Of a stretch of DNA of 64,000 nucleotides, positions 11,120 to 23,700 are shown piece by piece. Made by a program: the position numbers and the translations under genes. Origin of the DNA: Lama glama (lineage: Eukaryota); assembly GCA_028534125.1 (NCBI GenBank), contig CM052832.1, forward strand, positions 19,284,001-19,348,000. Reading direction: 5' to 3'. The first letter of the stretch is position 1. Every line of letters begins with the position of its first letter. The notes beneath the pieces were generated by a model. That model saw only the letters and a list, made by a program, of their open reading frames with translations. It made no database searches and was not told the DNA's origin.

Positions 11120-11780
11120 AGGACACTTGGGGCGGAAGACGGCAATGCTTCTACCCAGAGGCATTTCGATTTCAGTTGATTGCTTTTTTTTTTTCCTCTC
11201 CCGGGTGGAGTTTGTTTGCTGTTCTGGTGAAGTTAAACCGTAGTTAAACAGTTGACTTCACTGGGAAATGATATTATTTTGAAATGAGGCTGGGTTTCCC
11301 GTGTCAGTGACGGGCTGAGAGGGCAAGCAGCTGGTCCGGGCCGGGCTTTCGCACTCCCTGCGGCCGCGGCTCCGAGCCTCTCCCGCCACCATAGGCGTAG
11401 TGAGTAGTGAGAGCATGTCTGCTTTCAGATTCTGGTCCGGACTGCTGCTGGCGCTGGGCTCCCTCTGCCCGACAGGATCACCGTGTGGCATTTCTACGCA
11501 CGTAGAAATAGGTAAGTGCCAGCCCCTAGTCATGGCATTAAGGACAACAGATCCATCAGAAATGTTAAGGGGGAGGATTTAAAGTCATCGGGTGTATTGA
11601 TAACGAGTTCCCCCGCGGCACTTGCACTGAGCGGCCCGAGGGCGAGGGGGAGTGGGGCGGGGTGGGGAGGCAGCGGAGAGGAGAGAGCCTGGGCTGGGGA
11701 ATGATGGGCCGGGTGAGTTCAGTGTAGGAGGAGGAAGCCTCTTTAGCCTTTGGGTCTCCGGCCGGCCGTTTCTCTGAGTG
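11120..11780 (+). promoter_or_regulatory. GPLD1 proximal promoter and CpG-rich region
   Basis: CpG/GC-rich stretch around the first coding exon; GC-box/ETS-like ggggcggaag (~11129), FOXA-like tgtttgct (~11213), ggggcgggg (~11655). TSS not determinable. Confidence 0.55.
11415..11511 (+). CDS. GPLD1: GPLD1 coding exon 1
   Basis: ATG...[33 protein letters not shown]|gtaagt; 97 nt. Confidence 0.96.
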
Positions 11781-14700
11781 GGGAAATAGCGAGGGACTGG
11801 ATTGACTAGAGGTTCCCATAAAGGAGAAAAACTGATCTAATGGGAGAGGAGAAATATGGGTAGAATATGGTAGGAGCGGGGAATTAAATTTTGTGTTTAC
11901 ATTTACAAGTATGTGTAAAGGACCATGTGTGGCCACGGGAGTGGGTCCCCTCAGTCTTGGCTTTGAAGATGGTTGGCTTCAGGGAAGGCCAGGAAGTAGG
12001 GGTGGTCCCTGGCATTAGAGGTGCCCAGCATGATGTCAGGAGTTGGGGAGGACAGGGATAGAGCAAGCTGGTGCCCATGAGCTCAGGGGCGAAGGCTGAA
12101 TTACCTGGATATAGGTGAGTGGTAGCACAAAAATTTGGTTCTTGGATAAAATGTATTTCTGACGTTTTTTCACTCCTGGAAAATGTGAGCCACTTTGTCA
12201 TATGATGAGAAATGATTACATTTCATAGCAATATTTCACTTTACTTTTCTAGAAACTTGATATGTTTTTTTTAAGATAAAAACAGTAACAACATTTTATA
12301 GTTATGCTGCCTCCAAAAGGTTCAAAGCAGAACAAGATTACAAAGAAAATATGACAATTTATCAGTGTGAAACAGACTTAGATATTCAGCCCTGGTGGGC
12401 AAGAACCATAGGATCAAAGAATTGTATGAGTTCAGGGGACACTAGAGGTCACTGGGTCCAGTTCCTTTATTTTACAGATGAGGAAATTGATCCCAGGGAG
12501 TTCTCACAGCTAACTTGTTAGTGACCTGGTCTAAAATTACATCTTGACAGCTATTTCAGCTCCTGTAGCTAGAAGGGAGTCAGGAGACTGTAGGAAAGGG
12601 AATGGGACCTAGGTTCTAATACCAGCTCTGCTATAAAGTACTTGGGTGCCTCTGAGCAATTCACTTTCTCCCTCCTCTGCAAAATGAGGGAGCTGAACTC
12701 CTTAATGAATTCTAAAGTATCTTCCAAGTTTAAGTTCTAGGAAATGGAAATTGCTAAAACTGTAGCAGTGGGCCAAAGAGGAACACTTATCAATGGGAAT
12801 ATTCACATTTTTAATTCTTAGAATTGAAAAATTAGCAAAATAGATTAAATCTAAAAAATTTTTTATTCAGATAATTGCTTGTCTTTCTTCAGGAGGTGCT
12901 ACAAAAGGTCTTAATAATTAACATTTTATGTTTAATGTATATTAATCTCTGTTAAATGTAAAATAAAACAATAAGCATGTTTATGTGAACATAATTGAAG
13001 GCAACTCCTAATCTGCACAGATCGTGAGGGTTTTTATGTAAATTTAGATGATTTCATAAATATCTTGGCTCATGTTTTCACGTCTATAGGGCCTGTGTGG
13101 ACATTTATGTGAGTTAGTTAATTAGAATTGGCCTCATTCAGTGGTTTGGATCTATAAATTACTGGAATTCTATATACAGGTTATTTGTATGGGCTGTGAT
13201 CTTGTCTCTTACAGTGTAAGTGCTTATAAGATGGTAGTGGCCATATTTTTGTTGTACAAATTTTAAAAACTGGATATGATTTACAATAGAAACAAGGTAT
13301 CACCTTTGAATGTCTCTTCACAAGGAGTGTTCATCTTCCTATTGATTCTAAGATTCAGGGTGTGGGTGTGTGTATCTCATGGGTGTGGGCGTGTGCTTGG
13401 AGCAGTTGGCATTTTGAGACTTTCTTGGCCTTCTGAAGTGGTCCAATGATGAAGGAACAGTTGGGGAACATTGGTTCCATCCATGGTTTAGACCCTATAT
13501 TGTATTTCCTACTTGGGTTTATCTATACCAGTGGGTTGTTGAAGCAAAATATGATGAAAATAAACACTTCTGTTTATTGAGTTCCTGCCACCTGTCATCA
13601 CTTAGCATTTATTTTCTGTGATTCACTCAACAAACCTGTAAGGTAGAAATTATTTATTTAATTTTATATAGGAACCTGAGGCCTAGAGACATTAACTAAC
13701 TTACCCCTGGTCATTAGACCTAGTTAAGCAGAAACTTTGAGTCATCATCTAAGTTTGATTTGTATTATGGCAATATAAATATTACATGAATCTAACTGTG
13801 GCTCATGAAAATCATGAGTGCAAACTTAATTTTCATTTTCCTCTTTCTTGACAGTTACAACCACAAAATTATATATTTTCCTTTTAAAATGACCTCAGAA
13901 GTTCTGTTTTCAATTATAGTTGAACTTAATTGATTAAAAAAAATCTTTTTGTTTGTTTTTTTGGGGGTGGGGAGGTAGTAGTTTTATATATTTATTTTTG
14001 ATGGAGATACTGGGGATTGAACCCAGAGCCTAATGCATGCTGGGCATGCCCTCTGCCACTGAGCTGTACCCCTCCCCAACAAACTTAATTGATTTTTGTA
14101 TTTATTTCTTTCAGGACACAGAGCTCTGGAGTTTCTCCACCTTCAGGTTGGGAGTATTAACTACAAAGAGGTAAAAAGTTTGGGGTTTTTTTTTTTTTTT
14201 TTTCTTTTATTTTTGGGTACTAACTTACTCTTGTAGGTGCCAAACAAAGGTCCTAACAGATATTGAAATAGTCATTTTGAGTCATTTGTATGGCTTTATA
14301 AAGCATCAGTGTTTTGGGTTCAAAGGTATATGTCCCTTCTAGCACTACTGGAACATATATGTAATAATTTAAATAATGTCATTGAAATATTTTTAATTAT
14401 GAATAGTTTAAAAATATTTGAGAGAATTTTTTAAAATACTACATCTTATTGATTTTTATAAAGAGAGTCATGCCTGAGATAAGCTGTTTACTTTCTACTT
14501 ATCTCTGTCTGTGTGTTGTATAAAAATTGCATCACTGTGAGGAGACAGAGTATTTATTCCTAGGTACGCTCTGAGGTGCTCTTTCTGACTTCTACGCCTA
14601 CTGTATTCTTGGTGAGACTAGCTGATGGTTCACTTTTACTTATCCTCAAATTAGTTGAACCCATTCTCCCCAGTACACTAGATCTAGTTCTGTAGCTAAA

Positions 14701-17700
14701 TAATACTTTCTGACAAAGAGGATTCTTAAATACTTACATTTGATAGGAGTTAAATTCCCTCATGACGTCAGAATTGGATCTAATTATTACCAGTGAACCT
14801 TGATAATCCAATATGGAAAGCAGGATGGTAAAATAACCGAAATCTATCATAATCCACTTTTACTCATTAGTTTCAACTTCCTTACTCCCCGATTTCACAG
14901 GCCCTCTAGGAAAAAAACAGCATTTATATTTGATTGTCATCTTCATTGATCCTGAAAGAAAGTGGGCAGGAAAGAGGAGAAACAAGAATTTGCCTAATTC
15001 ATGGTGTGAACAATCAGTCCTGTGTGTGTGCAAGTGATTTCTAGTAGGGATGTTCAAGCTCGTATCATTCACTCAATTTAAAACATGTGAAATGAACACA
15101 TGCTTCCCCTCAGCACTGGTCCTACCTCAAATAGTGAGGTCATCATTGGAAATGGCTGAGTGACCTGAAGACCCACACTTCCCCCCCTTTTTATATACAT
15201 ATATTTTTATTGAAGTATAGTCAATTTACAATGTTGTGTCAGTTTCTGGTGTACAGCATAGTGCTTCAGTCATATAGGAATATACATATATTTGTTTTCA
15301 TATGCGCTTTCACCATAAGTTACTAAAAGATATTGAATATAGTTCCCAGCACTACACAGTATAAACTTGTTTATCTTTTTTTTATATATTAGTTAGTATG
15401 TGCAAATCTCGAACTCTCAACTTATCCCTTCCCACCCCCTTCCCCTCTGATAACCATAGGTTTGTATTCTATGTCTGTGAGTCTGTTTTTGTTTTGTAAG
15501 TAAGTTCGTTTGTCTTTGTTTTTTGTTTTGTTTTGTTTTGTTTTTTAGATTCCACATATAAGTGATATCATATGGTATTTTTCTTTCTCTTTCTGGCTTA
15601 CTTCACTTACAGTGACATTCTTCAGGTCCATTCATGTTGCTGCAAATGGCATTATTTTATTCTTTTTTATGGCTGAGTAGCATTCCCCTGTGTAAATATA
15701 CCACAACTTCTTTACCCAGTTATCTGTCGATGGACATTTAGGTTGTTTCCATGTCTTGGCTACTGTAAATAGTGCATGTATCTTTTTGAATTAAGGATCC
15801 CTCTGGATATATGCCCAGGAGTGGGACTGCTGGATCATGTGGCCCCCTTTTAACTTATGGAGACAGATAGGGATTACTTTACCTTTTATCATGTTATCAT
15901 CAAATCCCTTTTCAGAGATTGGTGATCTATTTTATATCTCCGTCTGTGAGCACCTTTGCAGTTTCTCTTTTCTCCCTACTAAAATCGGTTCTTTGGTGAT
16001 CTCTGCACTCACTGATCCAGTTTGGTGAAAGGATGCAAAGGGGGGTTACCTGAAGGATGCTAGCTGGCTGCGTAAAAAATTCCCACAGTCTGGGAGTATC
16101 TTGGCAAGTTCTGCTTATTTAGGGTCTGAGTTTTGTTGGTTCTGGGATTATCTTTGGCTAACACATCCGGAGGTGACTGCATTTTAATGACTTTGACTTA
16201 CGATAGTCACATTAATAAGAGAATAATGCATAAAGCTGAGAAAGCCAGTGTATTAATTTATCAGAACAGTAAGAATCAAGTGGACCTCACACTGGTGGTC
16301 ATAACTGCCTGTTATTTACTCTCTTTCTGCAAGAATAAACAGAATGTGATATGTTAACCAGGAAATCAGAGCAATCATATTTGGTTGGTTGCTGTCCTTG
16401 CTGCCCTGCTCCTCCCTCCCTGCCCATGGGGTAGATTTTGCCTTTTCTGATTAAAAAACTAATAGAAGCTCATTATTTAAAAAAAAAAAAAAGAAGGAAA
16501 AAAGAAAAAAATTCTCAGAGATAACCAATGTTAACATTTTGCTTTAAATCATTCCAGGCATTTTCTCTACATTTATTAGCACTTTCTCTTTTTTTAAAAA
16601 GGAAGTTTATACATTATTTTGTAAACTTGCCTTTTTTTTTGTCATTTACTATATGAGAGATATAGTCATGTCTGTGTTCATGTTCATATCAATAGAGATC
16701 TTCAGAATAACTTTGAACAATTCCATGTTTTCTGTTACCCAGAATGTACCATAATTTATTTAACCAATTACCTATGTTAACTTTTTCTTTTGAAATAATT
16801 TAAAACTGATAGAAAAACTGAAAAAAAAATAGACAATTCCCATATACCTTTTACCCAGTTTGCCCAATTGTTGGTAACTTATCATGTTTGCTTGTTGGTC
16901 CTCTGTATACATATTGGTTTTCCCTGAGCCATTTGAGAGTTAGTTGCTGATGTGGTACTCATTATCCTTCACTACATCTTGTATATATTAGTCTCCCCTT
17001 ATCCACAGGGGATACATTTCAAGACCCTAAGTGGATGCCTGATACCATGGATAGTACTGAACCCCATATATACTCTTTTTTCCTATACGTACTTATGGAC
17101 CCATGATAAACTTTAATTTATAAATTAGGCACAGTAAGAGAAACAATAGTAGTTAATAATAAAATAGAACAATTATAACAACATACTGTAATAAAGGTTA
17201 TGTGAATGTGGTCTTTCTATCAAAATGTCTTATTGTACAAATATAATGCCTCTTCCATTTTATCTAAGCACTTATCACACACTGTGGCTGTAACTTTTGC
17301 AGTTTGAGGTGCAACAGGAAAACTAGCACATTTTTCCTTCTTCACAGTTTCATGGATGGAAGGTTTGTTCTTACTGTATATCTAGGCAACCTCATCATAC
17401 ATTTTTTTCTTTCTTTATTAAGTCAAGAACTTCCACCTTTTCACATAAAGATAGCACTTTCCAGCTCCTCTTTGGCATCTCCAAATTGCCAGCATCACTA
17501 CTCATGCACTTTGGGGCATTACTGAGTAAGGTAAGGGCCAGTGTACACAAGCACTGTGATACCTCGACGCTTAGGAGACTAACGGTGGGCTATGCTGGAC
17601 AAAGGGATGATTTACATCCTGAGTGGACAGAATAGGGTGGTGTGAGATTTCATCATGTTACTCAGAATGGTACCCAAGTTAAAAATTATGAATTGTTTAT

Positions 17701-20700
17701 TTTTGGAATTTTCCATTTAATGTTTTTGGACCACAGGTAACTGAAACCAAGGAAAGCAAAACCATGGATAAGGAGGGACAGATTTCTTTTAAAAAAAAAA
17801 AAAAGCCAAAAAACTCTTTTACTTAACCACAGTATAATAATCACAATCAGGAAATCAACATTGAAATAACACTATCACCCAGGCCTCTTATAAATTTCAC
17901 CAGTTGTCTCAATATTCTTTATGGTTCCAGAACCAATCCAGGAGCATGTGTTGAGCTGTCAGTTCCTTCTGATCTCCTCCAACCTGGAATAGTTCCTCAG
18001 GCCTACCTTGTCTTTAATGTCCTTGGTATTTTGAAGACGTGCAGTGCAGTAACTCTGTAGAATGTACCTTCATTTGGTTTTGTCTGATGTTCTTCATGAT
18101 TAGATTTTGCTGTAGGTTATTTTTGGGCAGAAATATTATAGACCATTGAAGTGACACTGTATTCTTCTCAATGCATTGTATCAGAAAGCACATGATGTCA
18201 CCTTGTACCATTTCTGATGATGTTAACTTTTATTTCAGCTATTGCATTTTTCAGTTCTATAATTTCCATTCAGTTCTTCTTTGTATCTCCTATTTCTTTG
18301 CTGAGAGATTTTTTGTTTGTTTCAAGTGTGTTTGTAATTGTTCACTGTAGTGTTTATGATGGCTGCTTTGAATATTTGTGAGATAATTCAAAAATTTCTG
18401 CCATCTCAATGTTGGCAGAACAATAGATCTGTTCAATAGACTATCTTTTTTCATTCCTTTTGATGTCTTTCTGGTTCTTGGTGTGATGAGTGATCTTTGA
18501 TTTAAACCTGGACATTTTTGGTAGTAGATTATGAGATTCTGGATCTGATTTAAACCTCTTGTTTTAGTTGGTTTCTTTCTATACCACTGTGGTAGGGGAA
18601 GGGGTGGAGGAACACTGTTTGCCAACTACCAACTGGTGTTAGAGTTCAAGTTTCCCCACTGGGCCTCCTGATGCCTCCCTGGCGAGGAGGGGTAAGAGTG
18701 CCTAACTGCTGCTCCTCACCATGGCCCCTACTGATGTCAGAGGGGTGGGGTGGATGTCCTCATCTCCCCTGGGCTTCTTCTGACCCTTCTCCAAACTGAG
18801 GAGAGGGAGAGTTTCCTTGTTACGGCCAGATGGAATCGGGTGCCTGGGCTCTCCTCATGGTCTCCACTGACACCAAAGGGTAGGAATAGGGGGCAGGATG
18901 GCAGGGGTGAAAGTCCTTCATTCTTGTTCATTCTTCATCCTTGGCCTCTCTGGCCCCACTCCAGGAGGGAGCTGGGGCACCTCACTGCAGCCTGCTGAGG
19001 GGGATGTCTAGGTTCCCCGTGAGATCTTAGCTAGTGGTGGAGAAGAGTAGGGCCACAGACTTTTTCTGTGATGTTTGCATGGAGTAGAGAGGTGATTTCG
19101 AAAGAGTTCTCTGTCTTGCTAGGCTGTCTCTTTCTTGGTTCTGTGACTTGAGAGAAGAAGCTTTTATTGTGGCTTTGTTTTGTTTTGTCTATACCCATTG
19201 GGGTTTCTAGGTGGCTGGCTTTTCCAATATCCAGTTTGGGACATATGAAACAAAAAGAAAACTCAGAACTCACCACAGTGTTCTTCTTCAGGTCCTGAAT
19301 TTCCTAGCCAATCAGCTTACTTATCTCTACCTTTCAGAGTCCTCTTCTGTTCCTTTTGATTACAGTGCCCAGACTTTTTAGTTGTATTTAGCAGGAGGAA
19401 TAGGGAAAAGTACATCCACTCCATCTTCCTGGAAGCAGAAGTCCTGTTGGAAGTCCTGTCACTTGGTTAAGATGGTATCTGCCACATTTTTACACTGGAA
19501 AGTTAATAAGTATTTTCTACTTTCTATTTAATTAGTAAGTAAGTAGTTTGTGGAGAGATCGATCAAGGTAATGTAAATATCCTATTTCTCATCAAACTTT
19601 TAGCATCTATTGATGATTCTTGCCTGAAATAATTATGATGGTGATTGTCAAACTGTTTATCTGATTCCATCATTTCTTCTAAATTTGTTAGGTGACATTC
19701 TGCTGTAAGGCAGAGCTTTTCCTTTCTTCCCATTTATCCATGACTTTCTATTGGCATACATTCACAAATTTCTATTTTATTCAGGGGTTTATATCCCATT
19801 ACTAACATGATTTATCTTGGTGCTCAGATTATCCCAGGTTTCAAGTTGGCTTTTGTCTGTCTCTGTCTGTCTACCTGTTTAAAACCATGAGTTCACATGA
19901 AAATATCTCCAATTCCAATCCATCACCACAAGATCTATTTTAGCCTTCTCTGTGTCCTTAACTCCTTTCTCCAACAGTGAGAAGCCTGGCCTCCATTATT
20001 TTCAATATATATTCTTCCATGCTCAATCTCCTTTGTATGAGATCAGTTTCCTGACTATGCTTGCTAAATCCCTTCAGCCCTGGCACCACTGGTCAAGTCT
20101 TCTTGGCCCAGAAACAAATGAAAAAAATAAAACAAGGAAGACATACATGACCAAGAAAGGATTAATATCCTTAAACTGCTCAGGTATTTCATTGAAATTT
20201 CTATAACTATCTTCAGATTTGGAAACAGATTCACTCTTATGGTCCATTTTTTAATTCTTTTTTCATTTTTGCCAATTTAGTAGGTGGAAACGGTATTTTG
20301 TTATAGATTATTGGCATTTTAAGTATTGATTCATTATGAATGAGATGAAATATATTTTCAGTGTTTGACTATTTCTATTGCCTCTTCTGTGAATTGCCTA
20401 CATCTTTTGCTCATTTTTTCTATTAGGATACTTATTTTGATGTGTAAGAATGGCTCACTTATTAAAGATACTAGCCTGTTGTGTGTCAGATGATTCTCAT
20501 GGTTATTTATTTTTCTCTTAAATTTGTTTCTGGTTCCTTTTACCACGCAGAATATTTAAATTTTTGTGTAGTTAAGTGCATCAGCCTTTTCTTTCATGGT
20601 TTCTGTCTGTTTTACTTGGAAGTATCATTCCTATTCTGAGATTATACAATTATTCACTTAAAATTTGTCTTGCCCAAAATGGAGCCATAAAATTAACATT

Positions 20701-23700
20701 TCACATTTTAATTCATCTTGTATTTATTATGGCATAAAGCATGATAGAGATCTAGTGACTTGTTATTGGTAATGTTAATTTCAAGTCAATGTCACCTAGG
20801 CTAAGTATGGATTCCCTGTTTTAAAAAAAGATGGCACATTCACTGCCATGGGGTTGTGCTGACCCCACTGTTAATTCCATCCTTCACTCATCTCTGTTAT
20901 GCGTTAAGTTATGTATGCTTGAGTCTGTGTTACTCTATTCTGTTTCATTGATCTGACTCTTTTGGTTCTGATATCATACCGTTTTTATTTCTGTAGCTTA
21001 AAAATGTACTTTTATATCTGAAGGATACATCCTCCCTCTGTACTGTTTTCTTTCCTATAGCAGTTTCTTGACAATTTGGCATATACATTTAACTTTTAAA
21101 ATTTACTTTAGGAACATTTTTTCATGTTAAATAACACTGTCTACCTCACGGGGAGATACAGATTTGACAAGTCTTAATAAAGTGATGAAAACAGTGGCTG
21201 GCAAGGTAAATATTTAATAAAGTTAATTATTACTTTTAAGTGACAAAAGTCCAACTCGAGCTACCTTTAGGGAAAAAAAGGAGAATTTATTGGTTCATGT
21301 GACTGGTAGCCCCGGGGCAGAGCTGGACCAGGAGGTCTAGATGGTGCATTCTCTCTCCCAGTGGAAGAGACCAGACCACCTGGGACTCAGCCTCTAAGTT
21401 TAAAATTCCCAAAGAGAAGAGGGCAGCTTCCTCACAGCTCTAGCTGAGAGATCTTGGGGGAGATTCTAACTGAACCAGGTTCCATCAGACATGCATCTCT
21501 GAGCCAGACACTGTAGTGGGAGTGGGTGCGCTGGCCTCCTACCCCTGTGGTCAGCTCCCCTGATCAGTATGGAAGTGATTCTGTCTTTAGAAAACTGGGA
21601 ATGAGATACTGCTTGGAAAGACAAAAACGAAAAATAGATTAATACTGTATTTCCTTGTGTTTTAAGTTCTTTAAGCTATTTCTTTGTTACTTCCATATAT
21701 AGCCTATGTTATTAGTAAGTTCCTATTGAAAAATTTAAAAGTTGGATTGCCAAACTTTTACTTTGCCCATATTGTCAGGGTATATTTGCAGATCATGGAA
21801 ACCTCTCTGGCTAGTTTATGCTGAGAGGAGCTCAATATTAAGTATTAGGGAATTCAGTACTGATAAACTGTGTGAGAGCTGGAGGAGAAGGCTCTAGACT
21901 AAGTATCCAGAAAGGACTCTCAGAACAACACACAGACCTGGCCCGCCAAGGCTACCATGCCCAGTCAGCCAGCCACTGCCCTGTTTGCTAGCTCCACATC
22001 CAACTGTCTCCTACACAGTTTGGAAAGTAAAAAGCCACCACCTTGACTGTTGGCTCTGGGCCCTCATCACCTCAGCTGCACTCCTTACTAGCAAAACAGA
22101 TGCCCTGTACTCTGCCTGTGATCACCTGGACCCCCTCTACCTCTGCTGGGGAAAAGCCAGGCACTTTCATGCTGGTGGAAGGAGCCAGGGAGGGAGAAGT
22201 GGGCTCCGACAGACATGAGTGCTGGGGAACACAGTCTTCATTTTCCAAGACTCCAGCGTGCATCTGGGCGCGGCCAAAAGCGGGGCGGAATGGGATGGAG
22301 TGAGCCAGGCAACTAGTCCTCTGCCATGGATTTTACATCATTTTAAAAGGGAAAGGACATTTTTTTAGCCCTCCAAAATGTTAGTCTTAACCTTTAAGCT
22401 ACAAAGGATATAATATTATGCCGAAGTACAGGTGGCTACTGTACACTAGTATCAGTAACAATACATATGCGTGTATAGATGTATATATTTTTCTCATTTT
22501 ACTAGTTGTCATTGAATCGTGGAAAATCTTACCACCAGCCAGTTCTAGGTCAGTGAAATAGCCTTAGGGAAATCCTGCTCTACTGGGTAGAGAGAGAAAA
22601 TAAAATGAAGGGAGGTGAAATTCAAATAGTTGATTTTTGCAATTTTTAAGTTAGCCTGTCTGTTTTTGGTAGGAAAGAACCTGAAGATATATTGCTGGAT
22701 GTTGTCTTGGATTATACATGAATTTTTATAATTTCTTTATTCCTTCCTTTCTGCCCTCCTTCCATCACCCCCTGCCCCTGCCCCAATCACATTGTTCTGA
22801 CATCCCGTAGCTGGACGTGGACTGGGCCTGCTTTGCCTAGACTGTTGACTCTTGCCCTCTAATCTCTCTATTTTCCTGCTCTCCAGCTGTTACTTGAACA
22901 CCAGGATGCATATCAGGCTGGAACCGTGTTTCCTGATTCGTTTTACCCCATCATCTGTGAAAGAGGTAAGATGAAGATTCGTAGACCGACTGATGTCACT
23001 TTTGCTTGGTTGATAGGAATAGCTAGGACTTAAAAAAATATAAACTAGCACATTGTATTTTCCACCATCGTTGGTCAGTGACTTAGCTCAGATAGGTGTG
23101 CTTTCCATTTAACCAAACCTTACCCGCTTAAGCATAGAAATTCTAAAAGCTTTATCCTACGTGCCCTTACTTGCTTTCCTGCTCCGTGGCAGAAGAAGAA
23201 AACATTCTGAAAGAGATCCAGAGGTCTGAGTTTTTGTTCCTTTTATGTTGTCTGTTAGCCTGTAACCTTAAGAAACTTCCACACTGAGCCTTAGCTTCCA
23301 TGTCTGTAACAATAACATGAGTGCTTGCCTTGCTGCTTTGCTGAGTTTGTTGGTGTTACTGCATGTTATCTTGTCAAATGTTAAGCAAATCCAAGGTAGT
23401 GTTATTAGTGAACAGGGCTCATGGGTTGTATCAGTCAGGGTCCCAGCAGGCATAGAAGGGACGCGCAAACTGAGTCCTTTGGGGGGGAGTTTATAAGGGG
23501 ATTGTTTACAAAGATGTGCACAGGACAAAGAAAATTGCAAGGGATCAGGAGAGAGCACTTGCTGGTGCTGCAGATAGAGCTGCGTGGCAGGGGCCACTTG
23601 ATGAGACCTTGAGTCAGGGACACAGCTGGCCCCCTGGGACCCCACAAAAGGGGAGCTGGGGGAATGAAGACCCCACCCTCTCTCTCCTCATTTTCCCTGA

